From Candidatus Poribacteria bacterium (GTDB lineage: Bacteria > Poribacteria > WGA-4E > WGA-3G), in NCBI GenBank assembly GCA_965198235.1, contig OZ240248.1, positions 1,888,001 through 1,952,000 of the forward strand: a DNA stretch of 64,000 nucleotides. Reading direction: 5' to 3'. A model generated the notes under the pieces. That model was given only the letters and a program-made list of their open reading frames with translations. It searched no databases and was not told the origin of the DNA. Of this stretch, positions 19,801 through 30,484 are shown piece by piece (within the stretch, counting starts at the first letter, position 1; every line of letters starts with the position of its first letter). Made by a program: the position numbers and the translations under genes.

Positions 19801-20475
19801 TGTATTATAGTGCCGTGCCTGTTCTGCCTGTTCCTTGAGCGACTCGGTTTCGCGCTGTAACTCCTGAATCACGTCGTTGATACGGGCGAGGTTTTGTTCG
19901 GTCTGTTCAAGTTTACGGAGTGCTGTTTTCTTACGATGTTTATACTTGGTAATGCCGGCGACCTCATCGAAGAGGAACCGACGTTCTTCGGGGCGGACAT
20001 TCAAGATCAAATCAATCTTGCTCTGCTCCATAACGGAGTAAGCATCTACGCCGATACCTGTGTCCATAAAGAGTTCGCTGATGTCTCGGAGACGACACGG
20101 GTTCTGATTAATCAGATAGCGGCTTTCACCATTGCGGGCAAGGTGACGAGACACCTCAACTTCTGGAGATGCGAAGGCAAGTTTAGGAGCATCTTGTGTC
20201 GGGGTATCAGGATTTCCATTTGAAAAGCGCAGTGCGACCTCTGTTTTCTGTGCGGGTGCAAAATTAGCACCACCGTTGAAAAGTAGGTCGCGCATAGAAC
20301 TACACCGAAGCGAGCGGGCACTCTGTTCCCCAAGCACCCACCGAATCGCATCGGAGACGTTGCTTTTCCCGCAGCCATTGGGTCCGACAATAGTCGTGAT
20401 GCCGGGTTCAAGTATAAGCTCAATTTCTTCGGCGAAACTCTTAAATCCACGAATTTTGATGCTATTTAAGTGCAA
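16891..20475 (-). CDS. smc: Chromosome segregation protein SMC
   Basis: GFKSFA, GPNGCGKSN Walker A, hinge GRVTFLPL, LSGGE signature, VLDEVDA, IITHN; long coiled coils; TTG start. Confidence 0.97.
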   Translation of the reverse strand: MHLNSIKIRGFKSFAEEIELILEPGITTIVGPNGCGKSNVSDAIRWVLGEQSARSLRCSSMRDLLFNGGANFAPAQKTEVALRFSNGNPDTPTQDAPKLAFASPEVEVSRHLARNGESRYLINQNPCRLRDISELFMDTGIGVDAYSVMEQSKIDLILNVRPEERRFLFDEVAGITKYKHRKKTALRKLEQTEQNLARINDVIQELQRETESLKEQAEQARHYNTQQAQLKQLELELAHKEYDKLRIDYDQAQADLDEVLTTVAGASETLKASEERIENSTNRRSELDEVIREGQIALREIESQIEQIERQIVLHKERQLNIQRQRERALQTLESLKAQQTALLTQHRERNQEYQKLEASCKIEESRLAARQQLLTELAGRISRAKESVQETQTALQEITTELTEREREHLAIEHTLTNTEGNLNRLKENKTALAAELSTATDTRDEAQYAETQLKAALVQIEAEKNEVETDLDENQDTLRKLESEIQGLQNTLGTNVSRLKSLQELQSAYEGYYTGVRAIMRAKTHYSDQFQGVCGVVAELLTTDTEYEVAIEVALGSAIQNVITETAEDAQKGIAFLKQHRAGRVTFLPLDILRGRRFDDEELLDQPGVIGIAEELIDYDLKYEIAMRHLLGNTLVIEDLDSAIALARRFRPSARFVTLDGEVINTSGAITGGQTDQKKSGLLSRSRELETLEDEIGKLTQSSNQKNQKRKAYAAAIANLQKTRQTLTVQWQDKRVEKASLTKDLEQANLQVTRLEQQLTKVEVENRELDSAVAASREEQQALETEIQTLTQKSTRTQRWIERMSEQIESENRKHAEVVSSCQDMEVFLAGQRQKLEGFASELQTLKETQQRTAKDIAEQQAIIDTDEQRKSDLVEQVAAAQREFLRLEGDRAEAESRVDELTEERETLLQEVEVLQKEMRATRRYFEKQNRARHKLEVATTQLEMRIKSVSTRIHDKYQVSIDALPPLMDNEQTMDEIDLLDGIEKLKAELSGMGAVNLKAIEAYEEHKKRHDFLTAQRTDVEQSMQATYQAIEKINQTSKDVFLKTFEQVQTNFQEVFTQLFGGGETELLLADTSDVLDSGIDIIARPPGKRPQSITQLSGGERSLVAIGLLFAVFKIKPSPFCVLDEVDATLDEANVLRFTNLIRAYAENTQFVIITHNRRTMEIADAMYGVTMEQAGISKIVSAKFAE

Positions 20476-20641
20476 AGGTTCAACCCTCCCACTACAAGTT
20501 TAGATGATTATCGAAGTGATAAGCAGTTTTAAGGTGCAACTTTTAAACGTTCGCCTTGCAATGCGAATGCGCGTCTGCAACCTTATGATAGCGTGAACGT
20601 TCATATAATACGTAAAATAAACGGGAAAAGTTTCACGATTC

Positions 20642-21394
20642 TTAAGTGTCCAAAGTTCTTGCCAGTGTCAAAACATCGACCTCGGCAGGATCGGCAGTCC
20701 ATAGGACGTTAACGACTTCACGAATCGTAGCACCGGTCGTGAAAACGTCGTCAATGACCAAAAGCTGCTTTCCACGAATAACATCTGGGTTTCGGACTTC
20801 AAAAGCACCGACGATGTTCTGTTGGCGGGCTTCTCTGTCCAAACTGCTTTGTGCGATTGTGTGTCGCTTCCGAACCAGAGTATTCGTGAGAATTGGTACA
20901 CCTTCCGCTTTTGCTATTCCATTGGCGAGTAGCGTCGCCTGATTAAAACCGCGTTCCTGCATCCGTTTCTTATGAATCGGAATTGGGAGAACAAAGTCGT
21001 ATTCCGCAATGCTACAGTCCAGGGGTATATGTGCATTTACCAGTTGAGTCAGGTGTCGCGCAAACACCTTTTTCTTTTCAAATTTAAAGAAATGTATTGC
21101 TTGTTGGAGTGTGGTTTGATAAAATGCTACGGATCTCAGTTTTCCATAGCGCGGTGGGGTGATAGCACACGCATCGCAGAGTCCATTGATGCTCGGCGTA
21201 CCACATATATCGCACCAAGGCGGTTCGAGGAATTGGATATCCTGCCAGCAGTTATTACAGATATAGGGTATAGACGTAGCCCCAAGAAATTCCTTGCAAA
21301 CCCGACATTCTGCGGGATAGAGGAAGGTTATTGCGGTTTCGGACATATCCCGCAATACAATGGGTAGGCGTAAGCCGATTGACTTTGATCCCAT
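20642..21394 (-). CDS. comF: ComF family protein (zinc ribbon + phosphoribosyltransferase domain)
   Basis: CxxC pairs, RGFNQA, LVIDDVFTTGAT. Confidence 0.9.
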   Translation of the reverse strand: MGSKSIGLRLPIVLRDMSETAITFLYPAECRVCKEFLGATSIPYICNNCWQDIQFLEPPWCDICGTPSINGLCDACAITPPRYGKLRSVAFYQTTLQQAIHFFKFEKKKVFARHLTQLVNAHIPLDCSIAEYDFVLPIPIHKKRMQERGFNQATLLANGIAKAEGVPILTNTLVRKRHTIAQSSLDREARQQNIVGAFEVRNPDVIRGKQLLVIDDVFTTGATIREVVNVLWTADPAEVDVLTLARTLDT

Positions 21395-21423
21395 GAAACG
21401 CTACCTTGGAAAGATTCTATTTA

Positions 21424-21470
21424 TCTGAATCACGGATTATCGCGGATTTCGCAGATTCCACGGATTTTAG
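21424..21470. repeat. ATCCGCG/ATCCGTG-type short-period repeat (reverse orientation)
   Basis: Reverse complement of the AATCCGCGATTCAGAC motifs at 23198-23300 and 23403-23440. Confidence 0.6.
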
Positions 21471-21940
21471 ATATTCTGTTTCTTTTGCGTCTTTCGTAAA
21501 GATGCGATGTGTTTTACCGATGTTGATGCCTTAAAATGTTACACCAGTGTAACATTGCAGGGGCAGCGGTCAGTATCTCTAACCTCAGGTGCCGTCTGGA
21601 TTCCGGGACATTTTCAGGACTGATGTTCTGCCGCGAAAAAAATAATTTGGCGGAGGTGTAACATTTTCTTTGTTTTTGTTGCATCTGAATACTAATTCAA
21701 GTTTACATTATATATGATAACATATTCAATTTAGAAATGCAAATTTATTTTTGACGATTGTGGGCATTTTTATACGGGTGCTGTCCATCTGGAAGCAATA
21801 TGAGAGGGAAAACGGAACCCGATGCACCTAACTGAAAACCGAGTATCTCTGATTCAGGTATTATATTTTATGCTTTTGACAAAAAAGAATAAACGATGTA
21901 TTGTAGTGCATACGCTTATTTAGACCACAATTTCGCAAAG

Positions 21941-22792
21941 TTAAGATAAGGTTTGTCGTTGAAATTCCATAGGTGTCAAATACCCTAACGCCGAATGTGG
22001 GCGTTTCAGATTATAGACGTGTGTGATAAAATGCCCGATGCGATCTCTGGCCTCGGTGATGTTTTGATAGTCATTGATGTGAACTTCTTCCTCTTTGAGG
22101 GTGCGTATGAGTCTTTCAGCATATTCGTTCTCCCAAGGCCGTCCGCGCTGTGCGACGGAAATCTCGATGCGATGTTCTTGGAGTGTTGCGATATAAGCCT
22201 TTGAAAGATACTGCACGCCTTGATCGGAATGATGAATCTCAGGGACGCTGTGGCAGAATGCCTCTTCGAGCGGTTTGAGCGTCAGAGATTGGAAACCCAA
22301 GTGCTGACTGATCTGCCAAGCTTTGATCATTCGGGTGAAAACATCCATGAGTAGGCAGACATAGATGAAACGTCCATTGAGACGAACATAGGTAATATCG
22401 CCCACCCAGACCTGATCCTGACGAGAGACCTCAACGTTTTCGAGGCGGTTGCTCCAAGGCTTTTCACCCTGAAGCGATTTTGTTGTTTGACACGCACGCT
22501 TGACAGTGACCAAGAGATTACTATTTTTCATCAATCGAGCGACGCGTCGCGTCCCAACGGTGTATCCCATACGCAGTAGCAACTGCGTGATACGCCTATA
22601 CCCGTATCTCGGATACCGTCCGGCAAGTTTCTCTATTTCCGATCGTAGCAGATCTTCGGACGGATCCTCTTGGGGGTGATAATAGAAACTGCTGCGGTTG
22701 AAACCCAGCGTTTCACAAATCTCTCGCACGGAATACTCCGTGTGCAATGCCGAAATGAGGCTTCGCTTTTCGGATAAGGTCATTTCAACCAA
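21941..22792 (-). CDS. IS3-family transposase OrfB (DDE integrase core)
   Basis: YGYRR, WVGDITY, HHSDQGVQY, AER..RTLKEE, YN.KRPHSALGYLTP. Confidence 0.92.
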   Translation of the reverse strand: MVEMTLSEKRSLISALHTEYSVREICETLGFNRSSFYYHPQEDPSEDLLRSEIEKLAGRYPRYGYRRITQLLLRMGYTVGTRRVARLMKNSNLLVTVKRACQTTKSLQGEKPWSNRLENVEVSRQDQVWVGDITYVRLNGRFIYVCLLMDVFTRMIKAWQISQHLGFQSLTLKPLEEAFCHSVPEIHHSDQGVQYLSKAYIATLQEHRIEISVAQRGRPWENEYAERLIRTLKEEEVHINDYQNITEARDRIGHFITHVYNLKRPHSALGYLTPMEFQRQTLS

Positions 22793-23071
22793 TCCAAGGC
22801 TTTTTTTTGGATGTCTAACGCCACCGTTAATCTCCCAACAAGCTGCTCAAGGTGAGCGATACGCTTCTCGGAAACCTCACTCGACTGCTTATCAGTAGAG
22901 TCAAACAGCGTAGACGCATTTTCAACGAGCTGTTGCTTCCACTGTGAGAGTTGATTTTCGTTGAGATTAGGTTCTCCGCCGACACACTTCTGCTTGGGAA
23001 GTCGCACCGCTGAGGACTTCGAGAACAAGTTCAGCTTTAAACTCAGGGGTGATTTTTCTTCGTTTCGCCAT
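22780..23071 (-). pseudogene. IS3 OrfA, frameshifted
   Basis: MAKRRKITPEFKAELVLEVLSG..SQAEVCRR hits a stop near 22970; NENQLSQWKQQ...LEQLVGRL continues in another frame. Confidence 0.8.
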
Positions 23072-23197
23072 CGGATAACTCCTTTCTAATGAGATTGTAT
23101 TGTAGCACAATCTTCCTTTAGGGTGTGGTCTAAAAAACCGATGGCAGTACAGTTCTTATCCCGATGGCCCCGTAGGCTTGACGGGAGGAGTCTCCAA

Positions 23198-23445
23198 AAA
23201 TCCGCGAAATCCGTGTCATCCGCGATAATCCGCGATTCAGACGAATCAGCCACCGCTCTTATCCTGAAAATCCTTTAATCCTGTAAATCCTGATTCAGAC
23301 AACTCTTACTGTGAGGCAAACCAACGAACCACAACCTAACAAGTTTATGCTACAAAACACCCCTTTATCTATATCCCGGTGCCGACAACGGACACCCCTT
23401 AAAAAATCCGTGAAATCCGCGACAATCCGCGATTCAGATAATTGA
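23198..23445. repeat. Cluster of AATCCG/AATCCT short-period repeats ending in GATTCAGAC
   Basis: Three related units at about 23198-23242, 23260-23300 and 23403-23440. Confidence 0.65.
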
Positions 23446-23676
23446 GATCCGGTCTGAAAAACACTGATACAATAAGTTAAATGTAATTTCACAATTGTTT
23501 TTTCACGGAGAACAGGCATGTTGTGTTCTGGGGAGCCACGGCCCGCCTATGCCGGTAAAAATCTCCGTGAAACCTCCGTGAAAACCGGAATATTCCTGCG
23601 TTTTTTCGGAGTACCGTTTTGCACAAAAATGCCGATAACTGAAAACTGAGCACTTCTTCAAAGGAGAACGAGAAAT

Positions 23677-24456
23677 ATGATAGAAAAACCGATAGTGTTT
23701 TACAACCAAGGACAACAATTGAACGGAATACTGCATTCACCAATAGGTTACGAGGCACCCTGTCCGGCAGTTGCCTTTTTTCACGGATTCACTGGAACGA
23801 AAGTTGAGCCGCACAGAATATTCGTTAAGACTGCACGGGAACTCGCTTCTATTGGGTTCTATGTGCTTCGCTTCGATTTTCGGGGTTGCGGGGACAGTGC
23901 GGGCGATTTCTCAGAGATGACGATCGGTGGTGAGATTTCCGATGCCATCAAGTCAATTGACGTTCTCACCGCTATGCAAGGGGTGGACCCTGAACGCATC
24001 GGTATTTTGGGATTGAGCATGGGTGGCTGTGTTGCGGCGTGTGTCTCTGGGCAAGATACACGTGTGAAATCGACGGTGATGTGGGCACCGCTCTCGGACG
24101 ATCCACCGGATCGGAAACAGGAAATTTTGGAGAGAGCCAAAAACACACCGACACCAGAGGAAATCGCACTCGCAAACCCAAACATTGTTGGGAAAGCGTT
24201 CTATGAAGAACTCCCTAACCTATCTCCTTCTGTCTCAATTCAGCAGTCTACAGGCGCGCTCCTCGTAATCCACGGCAGCGGCGATGATGTCGTGCCGGTC
24301 TCTCACGGCAGACGCTACTACGAATTGATGCGCGGGCGCGACACTTTGACGGAGCTTGAAATCGTTGATAAAGCTGATCATACTTTCAATACTGTCGCAT
24401 CGGAGCAGGCGGTAATCGCCAAATCGGTCGCATGGTTTCAACGGACATTGACATAA
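23677..24456 (+). CDS. Alpha/beta hydrolase
   Basis: HGFTG, RFDFRG.GDS.G, GLSMGG nucleophile elbow, IHG..D.VVP, ADH. Confidence 0.9.
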   Translation: MIEKPIVFYNQGQQLNGILHSPIGYEAPCPAVAFFHGFTGTKVEPHRIFVKTARELASIGFYVLRFDFRGCGDSAGDFSEMTIGGEISDAIKSIDVLTAMQGVDPERIGILGLSMGGCVAACVSGQDTRVKSTVMWAPLSDDPPDRKQEILERAKNTPTPEEIALANPNIVGKAFYEELPNLSPSVSIQQSTGALLVIHGSGDDVVPVSHGRRYYELMRGRDTLTELEIVDKADHTFNTVASEQAVIAKSVAWFQRTLT

Positions 24457-24600
24457 CAGTGTTGACGTGCGAAATCGGTTACATAAAAAAATAATTTGTC
24501 AAAAGCCACAAATGTGTGGTAAAATGATTTATTCTTAATAGCTCCGAAATCTGATAACACAACCTTCCGTGACAAAGACATAAATAGTTAAGATTTAACC

Positions 24601-24948
24601 ATGCGTGAGGCATATCCGCGAGAAATACGACGCTACCGGGCTCCAAACGGCAGCGAACCTTTCACTGAATGGGTTGAATCCATGCAAGATCAACGGACAC
24701 AAGACAGAATTCTTGCACGAATTGAATCCATTGAAAGCGGAGGCAATTTTGGCGATTGTGAACCTATTCGCGGTAGCGGTGGTGTCTTTGAACTGCGTTT
24801 CCACTTCGGTCCAGGCTATCGTATCTATTTTGGTGAGGTAGATAACACGATTGTTCTTCTACTTTGTGGGGGTGCCAAATCGTCACAGGCACAGGATATT
24901 GCCCGTGCAAAAAACTATTGGCGAGAATATAAGGAGACACAACGATGA
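24601..24948 (+). CDS. RelE/HigB-like addiction module killer toxin
   Basis: PF.EW, GNFGDC.P, ELR.HFGPGYRIYF, LLLCGG.KS.Q..DI..A..YW. Confidence 0.9.
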   Translation: MREAYPREIRRYRAPNGSEPFTEWVESMQDQRTQDRILARIESIESGGNFGDCEPIRGSGGVFELRFHFGPGYRIYFGEVDNTIVLLLCGGAKSSQAQDIARAKNYWREYKETQR

Positions 24949-25298
24949 GAAATTCGGGAACATGGCGAGAATACATGGTTCAACGCCTCGCTTCCGATCC
25001 GGAACGGATAAAGGGCTATCTCCAAGCGATTATGGAAGAATACCAAACTTTTGGAGACCTGCGAGTAGTCCTGCTGGCACTCCGAACCGTTGCCGAGGCG
25101 GAGGGGGGTATATCAGTACTTGCCCAGAGAATTAACGCTGAGCCGAAGGTGCTCTCGGAAGAACTATCAAGCGACAAGGCTTTAACGATTGACACGCTTA
25201 GAACCATTCTTAACGCATTTGGATGCAGACTTTCAATTGAGCCTCTGGAGGCGGAAAATCTCCACCATCCTACACTTATTCTCCAAACCCAAGACTGA
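24945..25298 (+). CDS. Addiction module antidote (HTH antitoxin)
   Basis: ATGA overlap with toxin; YL....E....L.ALR.VAEA.GGIS.LA, LS......TL..IL.A.G..L. Confidence 0.85.
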   Translation: MRNSGTWREYMVQRLASDPERIKGYLQAIMEEYQTFGDLRVVLLALRTVAEAEGGISVLAQRINAEPKVLSEELSSDKALTIDTLRTILNAFGCRLSIEPLEAENLHHPTLILQTQD

Positions 25299-26220
25299 TA
25301 CGGATTGCCTCTAACGCAACCGCTGCGTCCTCTAAGCATGGCGGTTGATCGGCAGCATCTCGGATCTCAGAAAGCCACAACTCCTGAAGCGTCGGCTGCG
25401 GTGAATCCGGTATAGAAAGCGGTGTCACGCCGGAGGGTGTTGTGCAGTGCCACTCGCCACCTGCGTCGCTTATCGTGCCTTCGGTGAGGACGTATCGCTC
25501 GTGTTCTTCGGGGGCGTTAATGGCGATGCCACCTGCCCATGTCCACTGTCCGATACCGCCGCGTTTGAATTCAACAATGAGTGTGTTGATAAACCGGTCG
25601 TATTGTCCGTTTTCCCTTAATCCTTCATAGACAGCATTCCTTTTAACAGACGACGCACCACCGAAGAAATCCACAATCGGATAGATATGGTAGATGAAAA
25701 AGTGCGCGGGTGTTCCTGACACCGATAGATTGAAGAGGATTTCAGGACGCGCACCGCGACCGGGTGTGAGGCGTACGAAAGAAGTGAGCAACAGATCGCC
25801 GAGTTCGCCTATCTTTTGCTTGAGTGCTTTGTGGGTGTTGGAGACTGCCTCTGGATGCGACACCCGAAGGACACGATGCCGTGCTTTGGCAAGTTGCAAT
25901 GATGCCTCCCCTTCACTGACATCGCTGGCGAGAGGGTATTCTACGAAGACATGTTTATCCGCTTGCAACGCCGCGAGCGTCATCTCACCGTGACTGTCGT
26001 TGTGGGTGCAGATGACGACGCCATCTATATCTTCGCGTTCAACCAGACGCTTCCATTCAGGCATAAAGACTGCCTCATGTTCTTTGGCGAGTTGGGTTCC
26101 TGTCTGTTCATTTCTGGAGGCAATCGCCACGACTTCGGTGGCTTCCATTGAGGCAAATCGTGTGAGGTGGTGCCGTGCCATCCCACCTGAACCGATAATT
26201 CCGATTTTAATTTTAGTCAT
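25276..26220 (-). CDS. Gfo/Idh/MocA family oxidoreductase (C-terminus possibly truncated)
   Basis: IGIIGSGGMA, ICT.N..H, KHVFVEYPLA. Confidence 0.85.
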   Translation of the reverse strand: MTKIKIGIIGSGGMARHHLTRFASMEATEVVAIASRNEQTGTQLAKEHEAVFMPEWKRLVEREDIDGVVICTHNDSHGEMTLAALQADKHVFVEYPLASDVSEGEASLQLAKARHRVLRVSHPEAVSNTHKALKQKIGELGDLLLTSFVRLTPGRGARPEILFNLSVSGTPAHFFIYHIYPIVDFFGGASSVKRNAVYEGLRENGQYDRFINTLIVEFKRGGIGQWTWAGGIAINAPEEHERYVLTEGTISDAGGEWHCTTPSGVTPLSIPDSPQPTLQELWLSEIRDAADQPPCLEDAAVALEAIRISLGFGE

Positions 26221-26321
26221 ATTTTCTTTTATTTGGTGTGAGATTTGAAACCTCGTTGGTTTTAATTGAAAAGGCGCGCTTGCCAAACGCGCCTACAAGT
26301 TATTACCGTTCCTAAACGTGC

Positions 26322-27536
26322 CTATGCCCAGCCTTGGCTTTCGCCACCGACACGCGCAGCACTAATCTTCTCATAATAGCCACTCTTCCGATAGGCTGTC
26401 AGCGGATGTGGATCGCGTCCCATCTCCAAGCGGACCTGTTCTAATAGGGGGTTTACATCCGTTTCATAGGCGCGTTGGAGGATGGATTCTGCTTCAACCA
26501 AATCGGCGGCATCTTGTGCAGCTGCGAGTGCTTCTCGGTCAACGAGCAGTGCCTTCGTGTATGCCTTCTGCAGATTGCACACGGATTGGATGCTCGCTTC
26601 CACCTTCGGTTTCAGATTATGGCTCTGATCGATCATGTAAGCGATGTCGGTTTCCGTATCAGGGTCGAGTTCTGCGGCGACCAGTTCGGTATAAATCAGG
26701 AAGAGTTCCTGTGGATTGATAGAACCGACTGTCAGATCGTCGTCTGCGTATTTCCGGCAGTTGAAATGGAACCCGCCGAGTTTTCCCTCATCAATCAGAT
26801 AGGCGACGATGAATTCAATGTTCGTGCTTTGTGGGTGATGTCCTAAGTCAATGAGGACTTGCGCTTTCTCACCGAGTTTCGTTGCCATCAAATAGGCGGT
26901 TCCCCAATCCGGGAGGTCGGTATGATAGAATGCGGGTTCAAAGAACTTATACTCGATAAGCATACGGGTGGCATCTGGAAGTGCATCGTAGACCTCGGCT
27001 AATGCCTCCGCCATCCACTGTTTGCGTTTCCTGAAGTTTGACTGTCCCGGAAAGTTAGTCCCGTCTGCGAACCACAAACTGAGCAGATCGGAGCCTGTTT
27101 TCTCCATGATGTCAACACACTCAAGCATGTGATCTACTGCAAGTCGGCGAATATCGGCATCCGGATTGCAGACGCTTCCGAGTTTATACGCCTGATCCTG
27201 GAAGACGTTCGGATTGATTGCGCCTATACCGATACCGACATCCGCGGCGTACTGTTTCAATGCCCCCCAATCGTCCGTTTTGTCCCACGGAATGTGGAGC
27301 GCAACGGTGGGAGCGATACCGGTGAAACGATGAACAGTGGCTGCGTCTTCCAGACGTTCGGCGGCATTTCGCGCTGCACCGGGTTGTTCAAAGACCCCGA
27401 ACCGAGTACCGGAATTACCGTAACCCCATGACGGCGTTTCGATGTGCTGTTCCTTGAGATGGGCTTTGACAGCCTCTACCTGAATCCCCTGTTTCTCCAA
27501 CGTCTCAGCGAGGAGATCATATGCGAGATTGCTCAT
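26322..27536 (-). CDS. rhaI: L-rhamnose isomerase (RhaI type)
   Basis: [61 protein letters not shown]. Confidence 0.9.
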   Translation of the reverse strand: MSNLAYDLLAETLEKQGIQVEAVKAHLKEQHIETPSWGYGNSGTRFGVFEQPGAARNAAERLEDAATVHRFTGIAPTVALHIPWDKTDDWGALKQYAADVGIGIGAINPNVFQDQAYKLGSVCNPDADIRRLAVDHMLECVDIMEKTGSDLLSLWFADGTNFPGQSNFRKRKQWMAEALAEVYDALPDATRMLIEYKFFEPAFYHTDLPDWGTAYLMATKLGEKAQVLIDLGHHPQSTNIEFIVAYLIDEGKLGGFHFNCRKYADDDLTVGSINPQELFLIYTELVAAELDPDTETDIAYMIDQSHNLKPKVEASIQSVCNLQKAYTKALLVDREALAAAQDAADLVEAESILQRAYETDVNPLLEQVRLEMGRDPHPLTAYRKSGYYEKISAARVGGESQGWA

Positions 27537-27635
27537 TCTGCTTTTTCCTTTCTTGAAGAATAGTTGTCAGTTATCAGTTATCGGTTTTCAGTTAAGAGCA
27601 TTTCTTGTAACAATCAATTTAACCCCAATTGATAA

Positions 27636-28130
27636 CTATATTGTCAATTCCTGAAAAATTTGTACAAGTTTTTCCTGCGTCGCGTTCGGATCTTCAATGA
27701 TGATGCGTGCACCGCCGATAACGTCCATGAATCCCAATTCACGCGGATATCGAGGGACAACGTGCAGGTGAAAATGCGGGATGCTCGCACCGGAGGCATC
27801 CCCCATGTTATAACCAACGTTGTAGCCGCGTGGCTGATAAGCGCATGTCAATGCCTCAAAACAGAGACATTGGAGTTCGTGAAGGTCTTGAACCTCTTCC
27901 TGATCCAGCTCCCGTACGTCAAGCACATGCCGATTCGGAAAAATTAAGAGGTGTCCCGGACTGTAAGGATAAAGATTAAGCGAGATGGTAAAGCGTTCGG
28001 TTCGATGTACCTCAAGTCGTTGGACTTTATCATTTTTCTCGACAATAGCACACAGGATACACGGTACATCTGGACGATTTTTTCCTTTGGCATAAGGCAT
28101 TTTATTCGGTACGAAGAGGTTGTGTCGCAT
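27636..28130 (-). CDS. HIT family hydrolase
   Basis: CILC, LNLYPY.PGHL, GASIPHFHLHVVPR (HxHxH). Confidence 0.9.
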   Translation of the reverse strand: MRHNLFVPNKMPYAKGKNRPDVPCILCAIVEKNDKVQRLEVHRTERFTISLNLYPYSPGHLLIFPNRHVLDVRELDQEEVQDLHELQCLCFEALTCAYQPRGYNVGYNMGDASGASIPHFHLHVVPRYPRELGFMDVIGGARIIIEDPNATQEKLVQIFQELTI

Positions 28131-28314
28131 AAAGAGGTTCCCTATTTCTTCTACAGCACGCCGTGTTATATAATTTTGGGTTTTCTAAGCGGCAAAAAAG
28201 ATTAAATTTCGACACATATATGATATACTATTTCGGCAAAGCTTGCAAGCACATATTTGGCACTCACGATTTCTTTTCTGACCGTAATCTTCCCATCAAG
28301 GACTTTGTAGATTA

Positions 28315-28604
28315 ACGTGAATTTCGACTTAAGCGCGTAGGTTGGGTTGAACGGAAATGGACTAAAAAACCGCCCCCAGAAAATGATTTTCAAAATTCAT
28401 CGAGAGACCTGAAATCACCAAAATACGAGTGAAACCCAACGCATTTTCATACCTCCAGTGCTTGAGTGTTGGGTTTCGCTATATCTAATTATACGAATAG
28501 GTCATCGAAAAGTAGAATTCTCTGTATAAACAAGGTAGATCTTGGCCTTCTACCGCTCAACCCAACCTACGTCCACACTCGCAATTTTATTATCGAACTC
28601 ACGT
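28315..28604. mobile_element. MITE/REP composite, ends ACGTGAATTTCGA / TCGAACTCACGT, inner CGTAGGTTGGGTTGA...TCAACCCAACCTACG (empty copy)
   Basis: Nested inverted repeats; homologous to 8125-8504. Confidence 0.8.
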
Positions 28605-28685
28605 GAGATTACACACTTTCCACGCCAATAGAAGTAAAAAGGGGTTTACGACTCACAGATTGCGGGCATTCCATAGGAGAATTTG

Positions 28686-29569
28686 ATGGAAAATAAAAAT
28701 CCCTTAGACTCTGAGCAAATCAACACAAGCGAAGATGATGTGACGGCTTGGGCATTACCCGAAGGCGCGATTGCGCGATTGGGACACGGTCTTTTGCAGG
28801 TGCTGGCATTTTCCGCAGACGGACACTACCTCGCCATCGGAACAAGGGTCGGACTCTGGTTGTATGAAGTGGTAACAATGTCGCCTGTCGCATTATGGGG
28901 AACGGAGCGCGGTGCATGGAGAGCCACTTTTTCGCCAAGTGGAAAGTGGATAGCCACCAGCGATTGGGATGAGAATATAAAAGTGTGGGATACACATCGC
29001 TGGACGTGCCTCACAGAGATAACAATGGAGAATTACCCCTCGACATTGGCATTTTCGCCGACACTCAATGGCTCGCTACAAGCCACAGCGAAACTGCTAC
29101 TATCAACATCTGGCACCCGGAAACGGGCGAGATGCTCACAAAATTCACCGGTGAAGCCGAAAAAGGTGGTCGTTTCATGCCTATTGCCTTCTCGCCTGAC
29201 ACTCACCTGATTGCGTCTACAGGTCGTGAGGGTGTAGATAGCAACGGCGAGTCGGTGTTAGTGTGGAGTGTGAAACAACGGGAGTAAATTGCCCGCTTCA
29301 TAGGATACACCAGTTCGATTTATAGCCTCTGCTTTTCTCCGTGCGGTCGTTTCCTTGCCTCCGGTGGCAGAAAAGACGGCACGGTCCGCGTCTGGGACAT
29401 GGTTAATTGTCAACAGACAAAAGCATATACAGGTTACGGTGCCGCTTGCATGGTCCCCTCCTATTCACCAGAGGGCATCCTCCGTGCCACAGCGATCTCT
29501 TATGACGGAATGTTCAAAGACAACGCTATTATCACGGTGTGGAACTTGGAAGATGGGGAAAAACTGTGA
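28686..29569 (+). pseudogene. WD40-repeat protein, fragmented
   Basis: WALPEGAIARLG.G leader and AFSP/IKVWD repeats split over three frames with an internal stop near 29285. Confidence 0.8.
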
Positions 29570-29653
29570 CTTTTTTTCAATTTGGGTGTATACTATTATC
29601 TCAACCCCACAAAACCGACGCAAAACGGTTGAGAGACTGTTTTGCCGTGCCTG

Positions 29654-30484
29654 ATGAGGACAAACGAAATGCCTACGCGGCATCCACTTCTGGAAGTTTC
29701 GGAAGTTGATACAAATATCGAAGCATACCTGAAGCAGATCGGCGAAATCACGTATCGGTTTCCGGAGCACGATTCAAGATGTCAATCATTCCGAGCGGTG
29801 GTGGATAACCAACGTTGGTTCGTCAAACACGGTGACACATCACAAACCATCACATGGCTCAAGCAAGCCGTTCGTTTCCACACGGCTGTCCAGCATGAGG
29901 CACTCCCTCGATTGCACAACGCCTTCGTTACATCCGATGGGTTCGCACTGGTCTACAATTGGATAGATGGCGAGGGTTTACGTCCTGAAAGGGAACTGGA
30001 TCCCAATGAAATACACCCGCGTGACAGGTTCTGTGCGTTGCCAGCAGCTGAGATAATTGATGCACTCAACGTCATCTATGATGTCCATATCCTTATTGAA
30101 AAACGAGGGTTTATCGCTGAAGACTTTTACGACGGCTGCATCATTTATGACTTTGAGAAGAGGCGGATACACCTGTTCGATTTCGACTTCTACCATCCGG
30201 GACCGTTCATAAATGATCAGGGGCAGTTATACGGCTCAAGTCGATTCATGGCACCGGAGGAATTCCAAAAAGGCGCGCACATTGACGAAAGGACGAACGT
30301 TTTTATGTTAGGACGGACAGCGTTCGTGTTGCTTGCCAACAACAGCGACTCACGAGATGACTGGAAAGGGAACGATGCCATGTGGCACGTCGCGAGAAAA
30401 GCAACAAATCCAGACAAACAGCTGAGGCATCAATCTGTCCAAGAGTTCGTTTCGGCGTGGCATACCGCAATTGCTGATTTTTAA
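29654..30484 (+). CDS. Ser/Thr protein kinase-like protein
   Basis: WFVK, DFYDG catalytic-loop variant, DFD, GSSRFMAPEE, NVF.LG. Confidence 0.75.
   Translation: MRTNEMPTRHPLLEVSEVDTNIEAYLKQIGEITYRFPEHDSRCQSFRAVVDNQRWFVKHGDTSQTITWLKQAVRFHTAVQHEALPRLHNAFVTSDGFALVYNWIDGEGLRPERELDPNEIHPRDRFCALPAAEIIDALNVIYDVHILIEKRGFIAEDFYDGCIIYDFEKRRIHLFDFDFYHPGPFINDQGQLYGSSRFMAPEEFQKGAHIDERTNVFMLGRTAFVLLANNSDSRDDWKGNDAMWHVARKATNPDKQLRHQSVQEFVSAWHTAIADF

Larger units (their letters stand above)
21902..23151 (-). mobile_element. IS3-family insertion sequence (about 1250 bp), probably defective
   Basis: TG...CA ends with imperfect TIRs sharing TTTAGACCACA; orfA/orfB layout; A8G slippery run near 22800. Confidence 0.9.
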
